DNA of 64,000 nucleotides. Origin: the human T2T-CHM13v2.0 reference genome, Homo sapiens. Positions 1 through 13,192 of this stretch are shown piece by piece. The translations under genes were made by a program, and so were the position numbers. The stretch's first letter is position 1; each line of letters begins with the position of its first letter. The notes under the pieces are model-generated. The model worked only from the letters and a program-made list of their open reading frames with translations, made no database searches and was not told the origin of the DNA. The DNA lies in NCBI RefSeq assembly GCF_009914755.1, contig NC_060929.1. One strand, given 5' to 3'.

Positions 1-250
1 ATGGCAAAATTTAATTTTTAATGGCCGTTTAGTAGTCCTTTGTGTGATGTACTATAATTTATTTGTCTCCTATGATTGGAATTTAGGTTGTTTCTAATTT
101 TTGCTGACACAACACTTATATGTACCCATTTTGCCTCTTTGAATATTTCCATAGAATAACTTCCTGGGAGTAGAATACTTTTCTTAAAGGATTTGTGCAT
201 TTCAAGGCTTTCAAAATACGTTGCCAAATAGCTTTCGAGAAAGGCTATTT
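1..250 (-). mobile_element. Old L1 (L1M-type) 3' fragment
   Basis: Degenerate similarity to antisense L1M 3' end (...ttgccaaatagctttc...). Confidence 0.45.
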
Positions 251-321
251 ATTTCAGTTTTTGGGTTCTTATCTTTCTAATTGGCTTTATGCTTACATTA
301 AAATATGAAATTTTTATTTAG

Positions 322-409
322 TTGCAGAATGAAGAAGAGTCTGGAGAACCTGAACAGGCTGCAGGTGATGCTCCTCCACCTTACAGCAGCATTTCTGCAG
401 AGAGCGCAG
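322..409 (+). CDS. NDFIP1: NDFIP1 coding exon 2 (aa 22-51; PY1 motif PPPY at 373-384)
   Basis: tttttatttag acceptor; reads LQNEEESGEPEQAAGDAPPPYSSISAESA; CAG|gtaggt donor; matches the recalled NDFIP1 protein; 88 nt, ends phase 1. Confidence 0.97.
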
Positions 410-725
410 GTAGGTAACAGGGCAAGGTGATCACGGAATCCTTAAAAACACTCTGTGCTTTGACATTACAGTTTAAAAAAAAAAAAGCTTCAGAAGCAGT
501 TGGAAGAAAGGTTACAAAGCAAGTCTGGATTTTAAATAATTGAGAAGTGGATACATTTAAAAATCACCCCCAGTCTCTTACATTCATCTAAGAATGTCTT
601 TTGGTTCAATTGTTATGTATGTACTCTTAAGGGAATGGCTGGGTTTTGTCTGCTAGAGTTAGTGGAACTCCTTTTATTTCAATTCAGCTAATCATCAAAA
701 AATTGTGACTGTTAAAATTCTGCAG

Positions 726-856
726 CATATTTTGACTACAAGGATGAGTCTGGGTTTCCAAAGCCCCCATCTTACAATGTAGCTACAACACTGCCCAGTT
801 ATGATGAAGCGGAGAGGACCAAGGCTGAAGCTACTATCCCTTTGGTTCCTGGGAGA
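726..856 (+). CDS. NDFIP1: NDFIP1 coding exon 3 (PY2 PPSY, PY3 LPSY)
   Basis: ctgcag acceptor; reads (A)YFDYKDESGFPKPPSYNVATTLPSYDEAERTKAEATIPLVPGR; gtgagt donor; 131 nt, in frame with exon 2. Confidence 0.97.
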
Positions 857-1849
857 GTGAGTATAATTTGCCATGTTACTTGATGGCTGCTCTGTGGGAA
901 TTAAGTTATTTTCATTATCCAATTTTGATTCGTTACTTATGATTGTATTGATTAGTGAAAGTAGAGCTAATTTTAAAAATCAGGTACATTTGCTTTTGGG
1001 ATAATAAACTCATCTCTTCTTAAAAATGATGAGGTAAATTACTAGTCAGACCTGCTCATTTTTCCTTCATCTCTCCTATTACCACTACTTTTTCAAGTCT
1101 CCTGGGATGGCTGAAGTATCTTGAAGCAGAAGCACACTAATGTTTCCTTGATTCTGCACACTTAATATTTTGCTGTTGGGTGGATAGCTGCTAGGGAGGT
1201 CTAGGAAGAGAATAAATATATGCAAATTTGTAGAATTAAACTCATAAGAGGGATCTTCACATTGATTTAGATGAACTCCGTTCTTCCAGCAGTCCAGATC
1301 ATGTCATTTGTGGGGACATAGTGAGTTCAGATTCCATCTAGCCTGATGTTGATTCATGGAGGTGGAGATTGGGATGCCATATAAACCAGTGGAGATTATT
1401 GGGCACTCTTGGTTCTTGATGTCAGATATGTGAGTGCTGCATTTGTCATTTTGTAAATATTCATCCAGATTGAGGCTGATGAAGGTAGGGCATTGTGGGA
1501 GAATGGAAGCAGGATAAGTCCCCAGAAATGCGGGGACCATCAGGCCTCTAGGCTCTATTCTAGCAAGTAACTGGAGTGAGTGATGAGCAAGTACAGAAGC
1601 CTAGTCTGGGCAGTGTGATGGCATAGGCCCAGATGTTCCCCTCTTGGCTTTAAGATAGTAGACAGTTTGCAGACCACACCTACTGTGAGGAGCGAAGCTC
1701 CTAAAATCATTGCTTGGTAGAAATAGTTTATGAGCCCAATCTAGGATGATCCTAAATGGCGATGATGTGCATTCAGTTCTTACAGGTACCAGGGAGAAAC
1801 TAAAAACCCTAGTGTCTAAGGGCAAGACCATCATAATGTAACTGCCGTA

Positions 1850-2090
1850 TATTGGAAGCAAACCACATGCTTGGTACTGTGCTTGATGCTTTTATATATT
1901 TTGTATATTGTTTCCAATCTTCATAGTAACCTTGAAAGGTAGAGATTATATTATCTCCATTTTACAAATGTGAAAATTTAGGTCCAGAGAGAAAAAGTAA
2001 TTTTCCCAAAGTCATATGACTGATAAGTAGCAGAAGTGAAAGTCAAACCCAGATATTCTAGAATCCAAAGTCCTTGTTTGTTTCACTGTA
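1850..2090 (-). mobile_element. MIR
   Basis: ctccattttacaaatgtgaaaatttaggtccagagag...caaagtcatatgact resembles the antisense MIR core. Confidence 0.65.
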
Positions 2091-2399
2091 CTCTGCAGAT
2101 CTGTTGCAATATATGGTAAATAGATCAGTATGGAAATTAGCTCTGATTAATCACATAACTCTTCAGAATACTTTCATTTGATACAAGTACATATTTAGGA
2201 ACTTCTTAAAGGGCTCTAGTATTCAGCAGACATGTATAAAGCACTTTTTAAATATAAGATGCAGTATATTTTACAGTGGATAGGTAAAAAGCTTTGTATA
2301 AGGCAGTGTTCCTCATTGTTATTCAAAAGCCTAAAATCCAACTAGGGTAAAGGGCCCACAAATACTGATAACTAAGACACATAAGAGCAGTGGGCATCA

Positions 2400-2820
2400 A
2401 GAACTGAAACTTTTTACTGGGTGATCATAGGGGAAAATGAGATTTGATGTGGGCCCGGAGTTTTGATGGGTAAGAACATTCCAGAGGGAAAAAGGCACAG
2501 AAAGCAGGTGTGAATTCAGCCAGGTGAAGGCAGTTCTGTGGATGTAGTAATTGGCTTTGTATGAGCAAGAGTTTGTGAAGGGAGATAGAAAGTCCTGACT
2601 ACAACTGTTGTTTATAGAATCTTTGGAATGTTAGATGGGCGTATTTAAACTTCATATGTAGCTTTTAGAGAATCCTTCAGAGTTTTTGAGCAGGGGTATG
2701 AGAGGACTTGTGTGGTGTTTTGGAAACATTAACTTGGCAGCAATTTCTAGGATGCATCATGGTAGAAGAGATACCAAGAGGACAGGAAGAACAGTTAGAA
2801 GGTGTTCGTAATATTATTAG
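2400..2820 (-). mobile_element. L2 fragment
   Basis: aagaacattccagagg...gagtttttgagcagggg...ttaacttggcagca typical of antisense L2. Confidence 0.55.
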
Positions 2821-3403
2821 ATGTTACTTCCATATATTTTTTGGAGTATATCTTTGAATAGTTATGCAAAAAACAATTAGCTTTTAATTTTGGCAAAACC
2901 TTATTCTGCTGATACGAAGTAAGAATACTAGGTATTTAATGTTTTAAAAAATTAATTATAAAAATTCGTTTTTATAGAAATTTCAAACAATAGAGGAAGT
3001 ATGTTAAGTTAGAAAAGGAAGCTGCCATTGCCACCGACTTCCCTTTCTCTAGTTCCCACTCCCCAGGGGAACCACTGTTAACAATTTGGGTCTTCCAGAC
3101 CCTTTTCTGTGTACAACAAGTTTTGATATTCCCTAAAATATTTTTCATTTAAGGAGCCCTCATTGAACTGTGTACAAATCTATCACTTTTAAGTATATAT
3201 TCAATTATTTTTAAATATCTCAACACACACCTATATCAGTTAAAAAGATAGCCCACATGTGTTGGTATTGTTCATGATCATGTTATTTCTAGTTTTGCAA
3301 TATTACGTTATCAAGTTAGGATGGAAAAGATCTTATCTGCTGATAAGGTTAGAAGTGAGATTTAGATCTGTATACCAATACAAATACATGCTTATGGAGT
3401 TGA

Positions 3404-3790
<387 letters not shown>

Positions 3791-4243
3791 TGATTTTATC
3801 TCTAATTACTAATATTTTAGGTCCTAAACAGGTCCTCGATTACTGATATTCTAGAATTTAAACCAAATGTGTAAGTAAATTTTGTCTTTTGTCTTTTCTT
3901 GAGGTATATTTTTTTAAAGGAAGAGTAAATAGTTCTTTGTGAACTATTCTTGAAGTGTATTGTTTTTGAAGTGTATTAAATTTTTGAAGTGTATTGTTAA
4001 AGAACTTGGGTTATAAGATGAAAATTTCATTTAGAACACTGGGGATAGAAGAAAGATTTGCTTCTTTTCTAATTATATATTAATAATGCAAAATGGAATT
4101 TTAAACACACATTGAGCCTTTAATGCTCATAATTTTGAACTGAACCAAAGCAATAACTTTTTTCCTTGCTACTCAAATTTAACCCTTCATTTTTCTTTAT
4201 GTCTTCCCTTTGCCTAGAAATAATTCTTTTTCTTTTCATTTAG

Positions 4244-4331
4244 GATGAGGATTTTGTGGGTCGGGATGATTTTGATGATGCTGACCAGCTGAGGATAGGA
4301 AATGATGGGATTTTCATGTTAACTTTTTTCA
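4244..4331 (+). CDS. NDFIP1: NDFIP1 coding exon 4
   Basis: Long polypyrimidine tract + tag; reads DEDFVGRDDFDDADQLRIGNDGIFMLTFF(M); gtaagt donor; 88 nt. Confidence 0.97.
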
Positions 4332-4913
4332 GTAAGTATGTATGCATATCAGAACCACCCCCTACAAACTAGAGTGCTTTGGATTATGGGTGAATCTGAC
4401 TGAATTAAAATAACTAGTTGAGCTAATATATTAATACATTATGTTTATTTGGTGCCTTTTACTGGAATATTCAAAGCTTAATATACCTTTGTTTTAATAT
4501 CCCTTCTCTTTGCCTTCTATTTTCATGAATATCTGTGGAAAATATAATTAAAGCAGTTATGAGGATGCTGCATTTTTACATGAGCTAAGCCTCATCTTCC
4601 AGGTCTACGGGGCCCTTTTGCGTTGCTTCTACTCATACTTAATCTGTAGAATAGGAATTAAATGCCTTTGATGAATTTTGCTCTGAAAGCTTCTTTTTTC
4701 TGACAGATCAAAGTCAGCCTGATTTTCTCCCTTCATGTTACTTGCCATTTATCTTTTTGTGTGCCTCACATAGAAGTGAGCAACCATTTCCTTTATTTGT
4801 TGTATTAGAAAGATAAGAAAATGCAATGCTTTTAGAGGTGATGTTATATAAGTTGTCAAAATTCAGAGAACAGGAGGATGAGTGACTTGAATCAGATTAT
4901 TTGGGGGCACTTA

Positions 4914-5997
<1,084 letters not shown>

Positions 5998-6247
5998 ATT
6001 AAGGCGTTTTTGAAAGTGACTAGCAGTAGACATAAGTGTGTAAAACCTGATAGGGAGGAGTTTTTCTTGTTTGCTTTTTGGGGAAAGACAGAAGAATGGA
6101 TGTTTTAGAGGAGGTATGGTGACGGTTGTGGAGGACAGGCTGTCTTTTATCCTTTGGAAAGTCATTTAAACAGAGGCAGGTGTAAGGCACTCTTGTTCTT
6201 GGGTAACAGGACATGTCTAACATCTTTCCCCTCCTCTGCTTTTGCAG

Positions 6248-6372
6248 TGGCATTCCTCTTTAACTGGATTGGGTTTTTCCTGTCTTTTTGCCTGACCACT
6301 TCAGCTGCAGGAAGGTATGGGGCCATTTCAGGATTTGGTCTCTCTCTAATTAAATGGATCCTGATTGTCAGG
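6248..6372 (+). CDS. NDFIP1: NDFIP1 coding exon 5 (TM1/TM2)
   Basis: ttttgcag acceptor; reads (M)AFLFNWIGFFLSFCLTTSAAGRYGAISGFGLSLIKWILIVR (inside ORF 6154..6417); gtaagt donor; 125 nt. Confidence 0.97.
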
Positions 6373-7450
6373 GTAAGTTGTATAACAGAAAAGATGGGCT
6401 CTACAGAGAGGCAATAATCAGAATATTTTTGAATATTCGATTTTTCATTTGCTTTTTTAAAAGTTATTTCAGTGTGTTAAATGATTTTTGGTTTGTCTGT
6501 GGTTTCATGATGAAGCTGAACCAAAATCATTTGCAAATGGTTCATGCACACAAGTTTTGTTGTCAAATCTATTGAAAACTGGTCTATCATTAATATTGTT
6601 CACCATCTGCTTTGTTTGTTTTTAATGTTTATAATATGATAATGTATATGTTCTGAAATTAGTTGTTTTTATAATAAAAGGAAGGATATTACCCCTTTGA
6701 TATCTCATCAAAAGCAGCCATTCCTCTCATTAATTCTGTTACAGTTTTAATCTAGCTCTCTTCTTCCTTCTTTTCTTTTCTCCTTCTCTTCCCCTCTCCC
6801 TTCCAGGATTGCTTATGCCAAAATGTTTGGGGAGCCAAAACTGTTTAACAAGTATTGCTCCATTAGGAGCCTACCTCTCAAGTAAATTACAGAGATGTAT
6901 GTCTTTAGTGACTTCAGAGTTACCAGTTAGTTAAATTTGCATGAAGTAATTTACAGTTGTAAAAGATCTAGGCTTTTAAAGTATCCTCTGATTTCAGATA
7001 AATTTATTGCTATCGTCAACCTTATAAACAAAACCAATTTATCCGTCATAAATTGGCATACTTAACTAACTAATGGGTGTTGCTTGACCACTGTAGTTTT
7101 TCTACGTAGTGCCACCTTATTTATTATAAAACATTTGTTAACGTTTTTAGGGTTCCAGAATCCTTTGGGAATCTGATGAAAGTTGTAAGCTTTTCCCCCA
7201 CATAGCTAATATGTACTCATCTATAATAATGGACTTTAGGTTAAGAACTCGAGCCCTAAAGAGGTTTTCATTCCTTCCCTAAATTTTAATTGTTACTTTA
7301 TTAACAAAGAAAATACTATATTTTACTTTTCGAACTACATTAAACTCTTGGACACCAAAGCCTCCAAGGAAAAGAGAAATAAAATTAATTCCAGTCTTTT
7401 TTTTTTTTTCAAACTAAATTTTCAACTGCATTTAAAAAGTGAATCAAATG

Positions 7451-8200
<750 letters not shown>

Positions 8201-8284
8201 CATGATAAAGCTTCCAAAGTCAAGACAAGGCTGGAGGAGTAGGAAGAAAATCAGGCCTCATTAGAAAGAAGGCAATGGTATCAT

Positions 8285-8389
8285 CTACTCAGGAGGCTGA
8301 GGTGAGAGGATTGCTTGAGCCCAGGAGTTCAAATGCAGCCTGGACAACATAGTGAGATCCTGTCTCTTAAAATTAATAATAATAATAAT
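8285..8389 (+). mobile_element. Alu monomer fragment (FLAM/FRAM-like)
   Basis: ggaggctgaggtgagaggattgcttgagcccaggagttc followed by (AAT)n tail. Confidence 0.75.
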
Positions 8390-8644
8390 TGCTTTTGGCA
8401 CTGAATAGGCAAAGTAAAACGATCATTATTGAAACACATTTCTAGAAGAGCAAATATTATGTGGGGAAAATGTTTTCTAAAAAAACCAATTTTTGTATAC
8501 TTTCAAAATAAGGAGTTAATAAAGCTAAAAGCTGTCATATTTAACAATTGCTTTTCCTTGAAAGGAAATAGATTTGCATTTATTGTAACCATTTCAAGCT
8601 AGTAATATGTAAAATACTTTCACTTATATTTTAAAATTATTCTA

Positions 8645-9019
<375 letters not shown>

Positions 9020-9077
9020 TTAAAATGAGAAATTGTGTCTGTTAAGCTGCTATAAAGTGTTTTGCCTTATTTTTTAG

Positions 9078-9144
9078 TTTTCCACCTATTTCCCTGGATA
9101 TTTTGATGGTCAGTACTGGCTCTGGTGGGTGTTCCTTGTTTTAG
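9078..9144 (+). CDS. NDFIP1: NDFIP1 coding exon 6
   Basis: tttttag acceptor; reads FSTYFPGYFDGQYWLWWVFLVL(G); gtaagt donor; 67 nt. Confidence 0.97.
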
Positions 9145-9656
9145 GTAAGTGTTTTTAATGTAAGAAAAGGCAAGAAAACATTACATTAAATTTTATAAGT
9201 AAAATTACTTGTAGTAAATGTTCATCTTGATTACTGTATAGTAATATATTAACAATTAATAATAAACATTTTTAAAATGTTGCTTTCTTAAAAATAGTCT
9301 TTCGTTACCATCAGAGTAACATGCACGTTAATAAAAAGTTTCTTTGTGGTTGTAGGTTCTTCCTAACCTATACATATATTCTTCTCCCCCATGTGATAAA
9401 TGGGGTATGCTGATGACTCTGTAGTCTGTCAGTTTTTTTCCCCTTGTGAGCTATTGCCACACAGCATTCACAGACTCAAACCAGAATTGCTTATACGCTT
9501 ACTGCAGCCAGTTGAACTAACTCATAAGTGCAGGTGGCCCATCTTTGGTGGGTCTGTCAGTAGAAAACAGAAAATATGTAACCTCGCTAGACATAACTTC
9601 TGAAAGAACCACCATTGGATTTCCAGAATGCTTTAGTTTACCGTTGGTGAGAATAA

Positions 9657-9991
<335 letters not shown>

Positions 9992-10364
9992 TGGATTATA
10001 TTTTTTACTCTAAATATTTATTTTTAAATACTTTTTTCCTAGACATTAAAACAAAGAGATGAACATTGGAGTAAATTATTTCAATGTTGGCTTCTTGATT
10101 ATATGTAAAGAAAATATATATGATACAGTTAGAGAGACCACCATCACTTCTGTCATTTCTACAAAAGAATAACAGGGCCATCTTGTGGCTATTAAAGATG
10201 GTGTGATTGCCTCACTGTGCTTCTGTGACATCAGTTTCTCCTATGTCCTGTTTTGCTTCTTGTTGCCCCCTTAATTAAGATCCTTGGTGGTGGTTCTGCT
10301 AATGGTTCTGGCTAGGACATCCTGGCACCCATGCCTGGCAGGTGTTTAATAAATTGAGGACCTG

Positions 10365-10668
10365 GGCCAGGCATGGTGGCTCACGCCTGTAATCCCAGCA
10401 TTTTGGGAGACTGAGTCAGGAGGATTTCACCTTGAGGCCAGGATTTTAAGACCAGCCTGGGCAACATAGCAAGACCTCGTCTCTACAAAAAAATTTTTTT
10501 AAATTAACCAAGCATGGTGGTTTGTGCCTGTAGTCCTAGCTACTTGGGAGACTGAGCCAGGAGGACCCCTTGAGCCCAGGAGTTGGAGCCTGCAGTGAAC
10601 TATGATGGCGTCACTGCACTTCAGCTTGGGTGACAGCAAGACAGTGTCTCTAAAAACAAAACAAAACA
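10365..10668 (+). mobile_element. AluJ-like
   Basis: Full dimer; (CAAAA)n tail; flanking AGGACCTG duplication. Confidence 0.9.
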
Positions 10669-11161
10669 GTTCAGGACCTGTTTTGCCAAAACTGACAGAG
10701 CCTTGCATTGCTGACCCTACATTTTACTTAGAAAACATAAATCATTCATCGCACCATCTACCACCTCCTCAACAGCATCATGTACTCTATGATTGGTCAT
10801 TAGAATTCTAAGGAAAGAGAAATAGTAATTTTTTTTCCTCTATTGATTATTGAGAACTTCAGTAATAAAAATGACCAACAGGAGAATAATTTAGAAGAAA
10901 TAGTTCCTTGGCTTGCTTATTTTCTAAACTGTACCTTTAAGAGAAAGGCTGACCACCCGTGTTTCCCCAAGTCAAATCCTGAATGGACCAAAGAGGAGCC
11001 CTTAAGCGTATGTTCAGATTGATTGCTTATGGCATAAATAATTTAAAGAAATTTAATGGATTGATTCCCTTTTAAAGTTTCATGGGAGGAGGTTTTATAA
11101 TCCTTCATCATTGATCATTCTTGCTATGTACCATTTGCTTGTAAGCAAAAAATAAGAGTTT

Positions 11162-11432
11162 GGCCCGGCGTGGTGGCTCATGCCTGTAATCCCAGCACTT
11201 TGGGAGGCCGAGGCAGGCAGATAACTTGAGGTCAGGAGTTCGAGACCAGCATGGCCACCGTGGTGAAACCCCGTCTCTACTAAAAATACAAAAATTAGCT
11301 GGCTGTGGTTGCTCATGCCTATGATCCCAGCTACTTGGGAGGAGAATGGCTTGAACCCGAGAGACGGAGGTTGCGGTGAGCTGAGATCGTGCCACTGCAC
11401 TCCAGCCTGGGTAACAGAGCAAGATTCCATCT

Positions 11433-11481
<49 letters not shown>

Positions 11482-11486
11482 TATAT
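11162..11486 (+). mobile_element. AluS with A/(AT)n tail
   Basis: TSD AATAAGAGTTT; small internal deletion in the right arm. Confidence 0.92.
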
Positions 11487-11599
11487 TAATAAGAGTTTGG
11501 ATACACTTATGAGCATTTGTGCCCAATATTCGGGTCATTTTGGGAACTTCCCTTTTGAAGAGAACCAGTTTAATGGTGTTTTGTCTTGCAGAGCTCTGT

Positions 11600-11940
11600 G
11601 CAGAGCTCCCAAGCTGGCTGCTCTTGAGCTATAGTTAGCCTATAGTTTATTTGTTCCACAGTTATTTTTCAAGTTTTTTTAAATTAGTTGCCAACATTTT
11701 AAAAATCAAAATTATTTCACATAAAACGCCTGAATGTTTTTACTTTTCTTGAAAGTTGGAATATCAAGAAAAGCTAGCCTACATTTCACATGGCACCCTT
11801 TGGCTGGAGCTGAGTTGTTGCTGTCTCCTCCATACAGGTCATGTGCCTTCCAGTTCAGTAAGATCCCACCACCATACCCCAACTTAGTATTTGAAGGGGT
11901 AACCCCTGCTCAATAGTCACTTGTTGCTTTGGGTCCCAAA
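11600..11940. mobile_element. hAT-Charlie DNA transposon remnant (MER102-like)
   Basis: aaattagttgccaacattttaaaaatc...tttcacataaaa resembles the recalled MER102 consensus. Confidence 0.55.
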
Positions 11941-12236
11941 CAGAATGATGTTCCCCAAGCTCAGAGCTGACAGCTCTTGGTTACTGCTAAAAATCAGTTC
12001 AACTGTCCAAGTACCATTTTCTACCACTGAGTATCCCAGTAAAAGTATTTAAAAAAAAAAATGTGCTAAAGGCTCAGAGACCATCTCTGAAAGAGGAAGG
12101 CCAGGAGGAGTATCTGAGTTTCCACTGGAGGGGCATATCACCTCTCTGCTGACAGTTTTAGGAGGTACAAACTTTTGTGAATGTATAGATTCTGGTGTAG
12201 TCACACAAAAAGAGTCTTACTAAGAATAGAGAAATA

Positions 12237-12509
12237 GGCTGGGTACAGTGGTTGACACCTATAATCCCAACTCTTTGGGAGGCTGAGACAGGAGAATCAC
12301 TTGAGCCTAGGAGTTGAAGGCCAGCCTGAGCAACATAGCGAGACCCCTATCTCTACAGAAAATTAAAAAATTAGCTGGGCATGAACCTGTTATCTTAGCT
12401 ACTTGGGAAGCAGAGGCAGGAGGATCATCTGGGCCCAGGAATTCAAGCTTGCAGAGGCTGTGATCATACCGCTGCACTCCAGCCTGGGCAACAGAGCAAG
12501 ACCCTGTCT

Positions 12510-12546
<37 letters not shown>
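12237..12546 (+). mobile_element. AluJ-like with (AAT)n tail
   Basis: Alu dimer ending in about 11 TAA units (12512-12546). Confidence 0.9.
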
Positions 12547-12710
12547 GTAGACAAAGTTTCAAGTTGAGACGATGAGAATTGCTGTAATAGATAAGGGGAT
12601 CCTGACATCTAGTGGACAACATTATATACTGTCGACAGAAAAAACAGCCCATGACAAGGAAGGTTACATTTTTTCTTTTTACTTGAGAAAAACACAGTTA
12701 TAACCTCTTT

Positions 12711-12735
12711 TTGTTGTTGTTGTTGTTGTTGTTGT
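12711..12735 (+). repeat. (TTG)8 microsatellite
   Basis: Direct read. Confidence 0.9.
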
Positions 12736-13088
12736 TTGGAGTTCATTATCTTGGAATGCTTTTTTGGAACTCAATAGGTAGATTTTGATGTTTCTCAATG
12801 AGGCTTTCATATGTAAATGTTTGGCTCCATCTTATTTTTTATTTCCTTTTTAGACCAATTCAATTCTGAATGTGCAAAAGACACTATTGACTCTTACATT
12901 ATACCTTCTCATTGAAGGATGGATAATTTGGTATGAAAATCCTCTGCAGATTCTGGAGGAAATTGCTAATGTTTTGATTACCTTTAGCAGAAAAATAACA
13001 ATGTATCGCTATCAGGAGAGGGATTTCTGGGGAGGGGACTTAACATGGAAATTATAAATTCATTCATGACTTTTCTTTTTTAAATTAG

Positions 13089-13192
13089 GCTTTCTCCTGT
13101 TTCTCAGAGGATTTATCAATTATGCAAAAGTTCGGAAGATGCCAGAAACTTTCTCAAATCTCCCCAGGACCAGAGTTCTCTTTATTTATTAA
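13089..13192 (+). CDS. NDFIP1: NDFIP1 exon 7, coding part (stop TAA 13190-13192; exon ends 13194)
   Basis: Acceptor ...ttttaaattag; reads (G)FLLFLRGFINYAKVRKMPETFSNLPRTRVLFIY*; then AG|gtatta donor; spliced exons complete a 221-aa product given 63 coding nt in exon 1. Confidence 0.96.

Noticed and set aside
6154-6417. 87-aa ORF as a standalone gene
   Set aside because: It is NDFIP1 exon 5 plus in-frame intronic flanks
9410-9603. Possible intronic C/D snoRNA (TGATGA...CTGA)
   Set aside because: C box not preceded by a purine, no terminal stem, spacing too long
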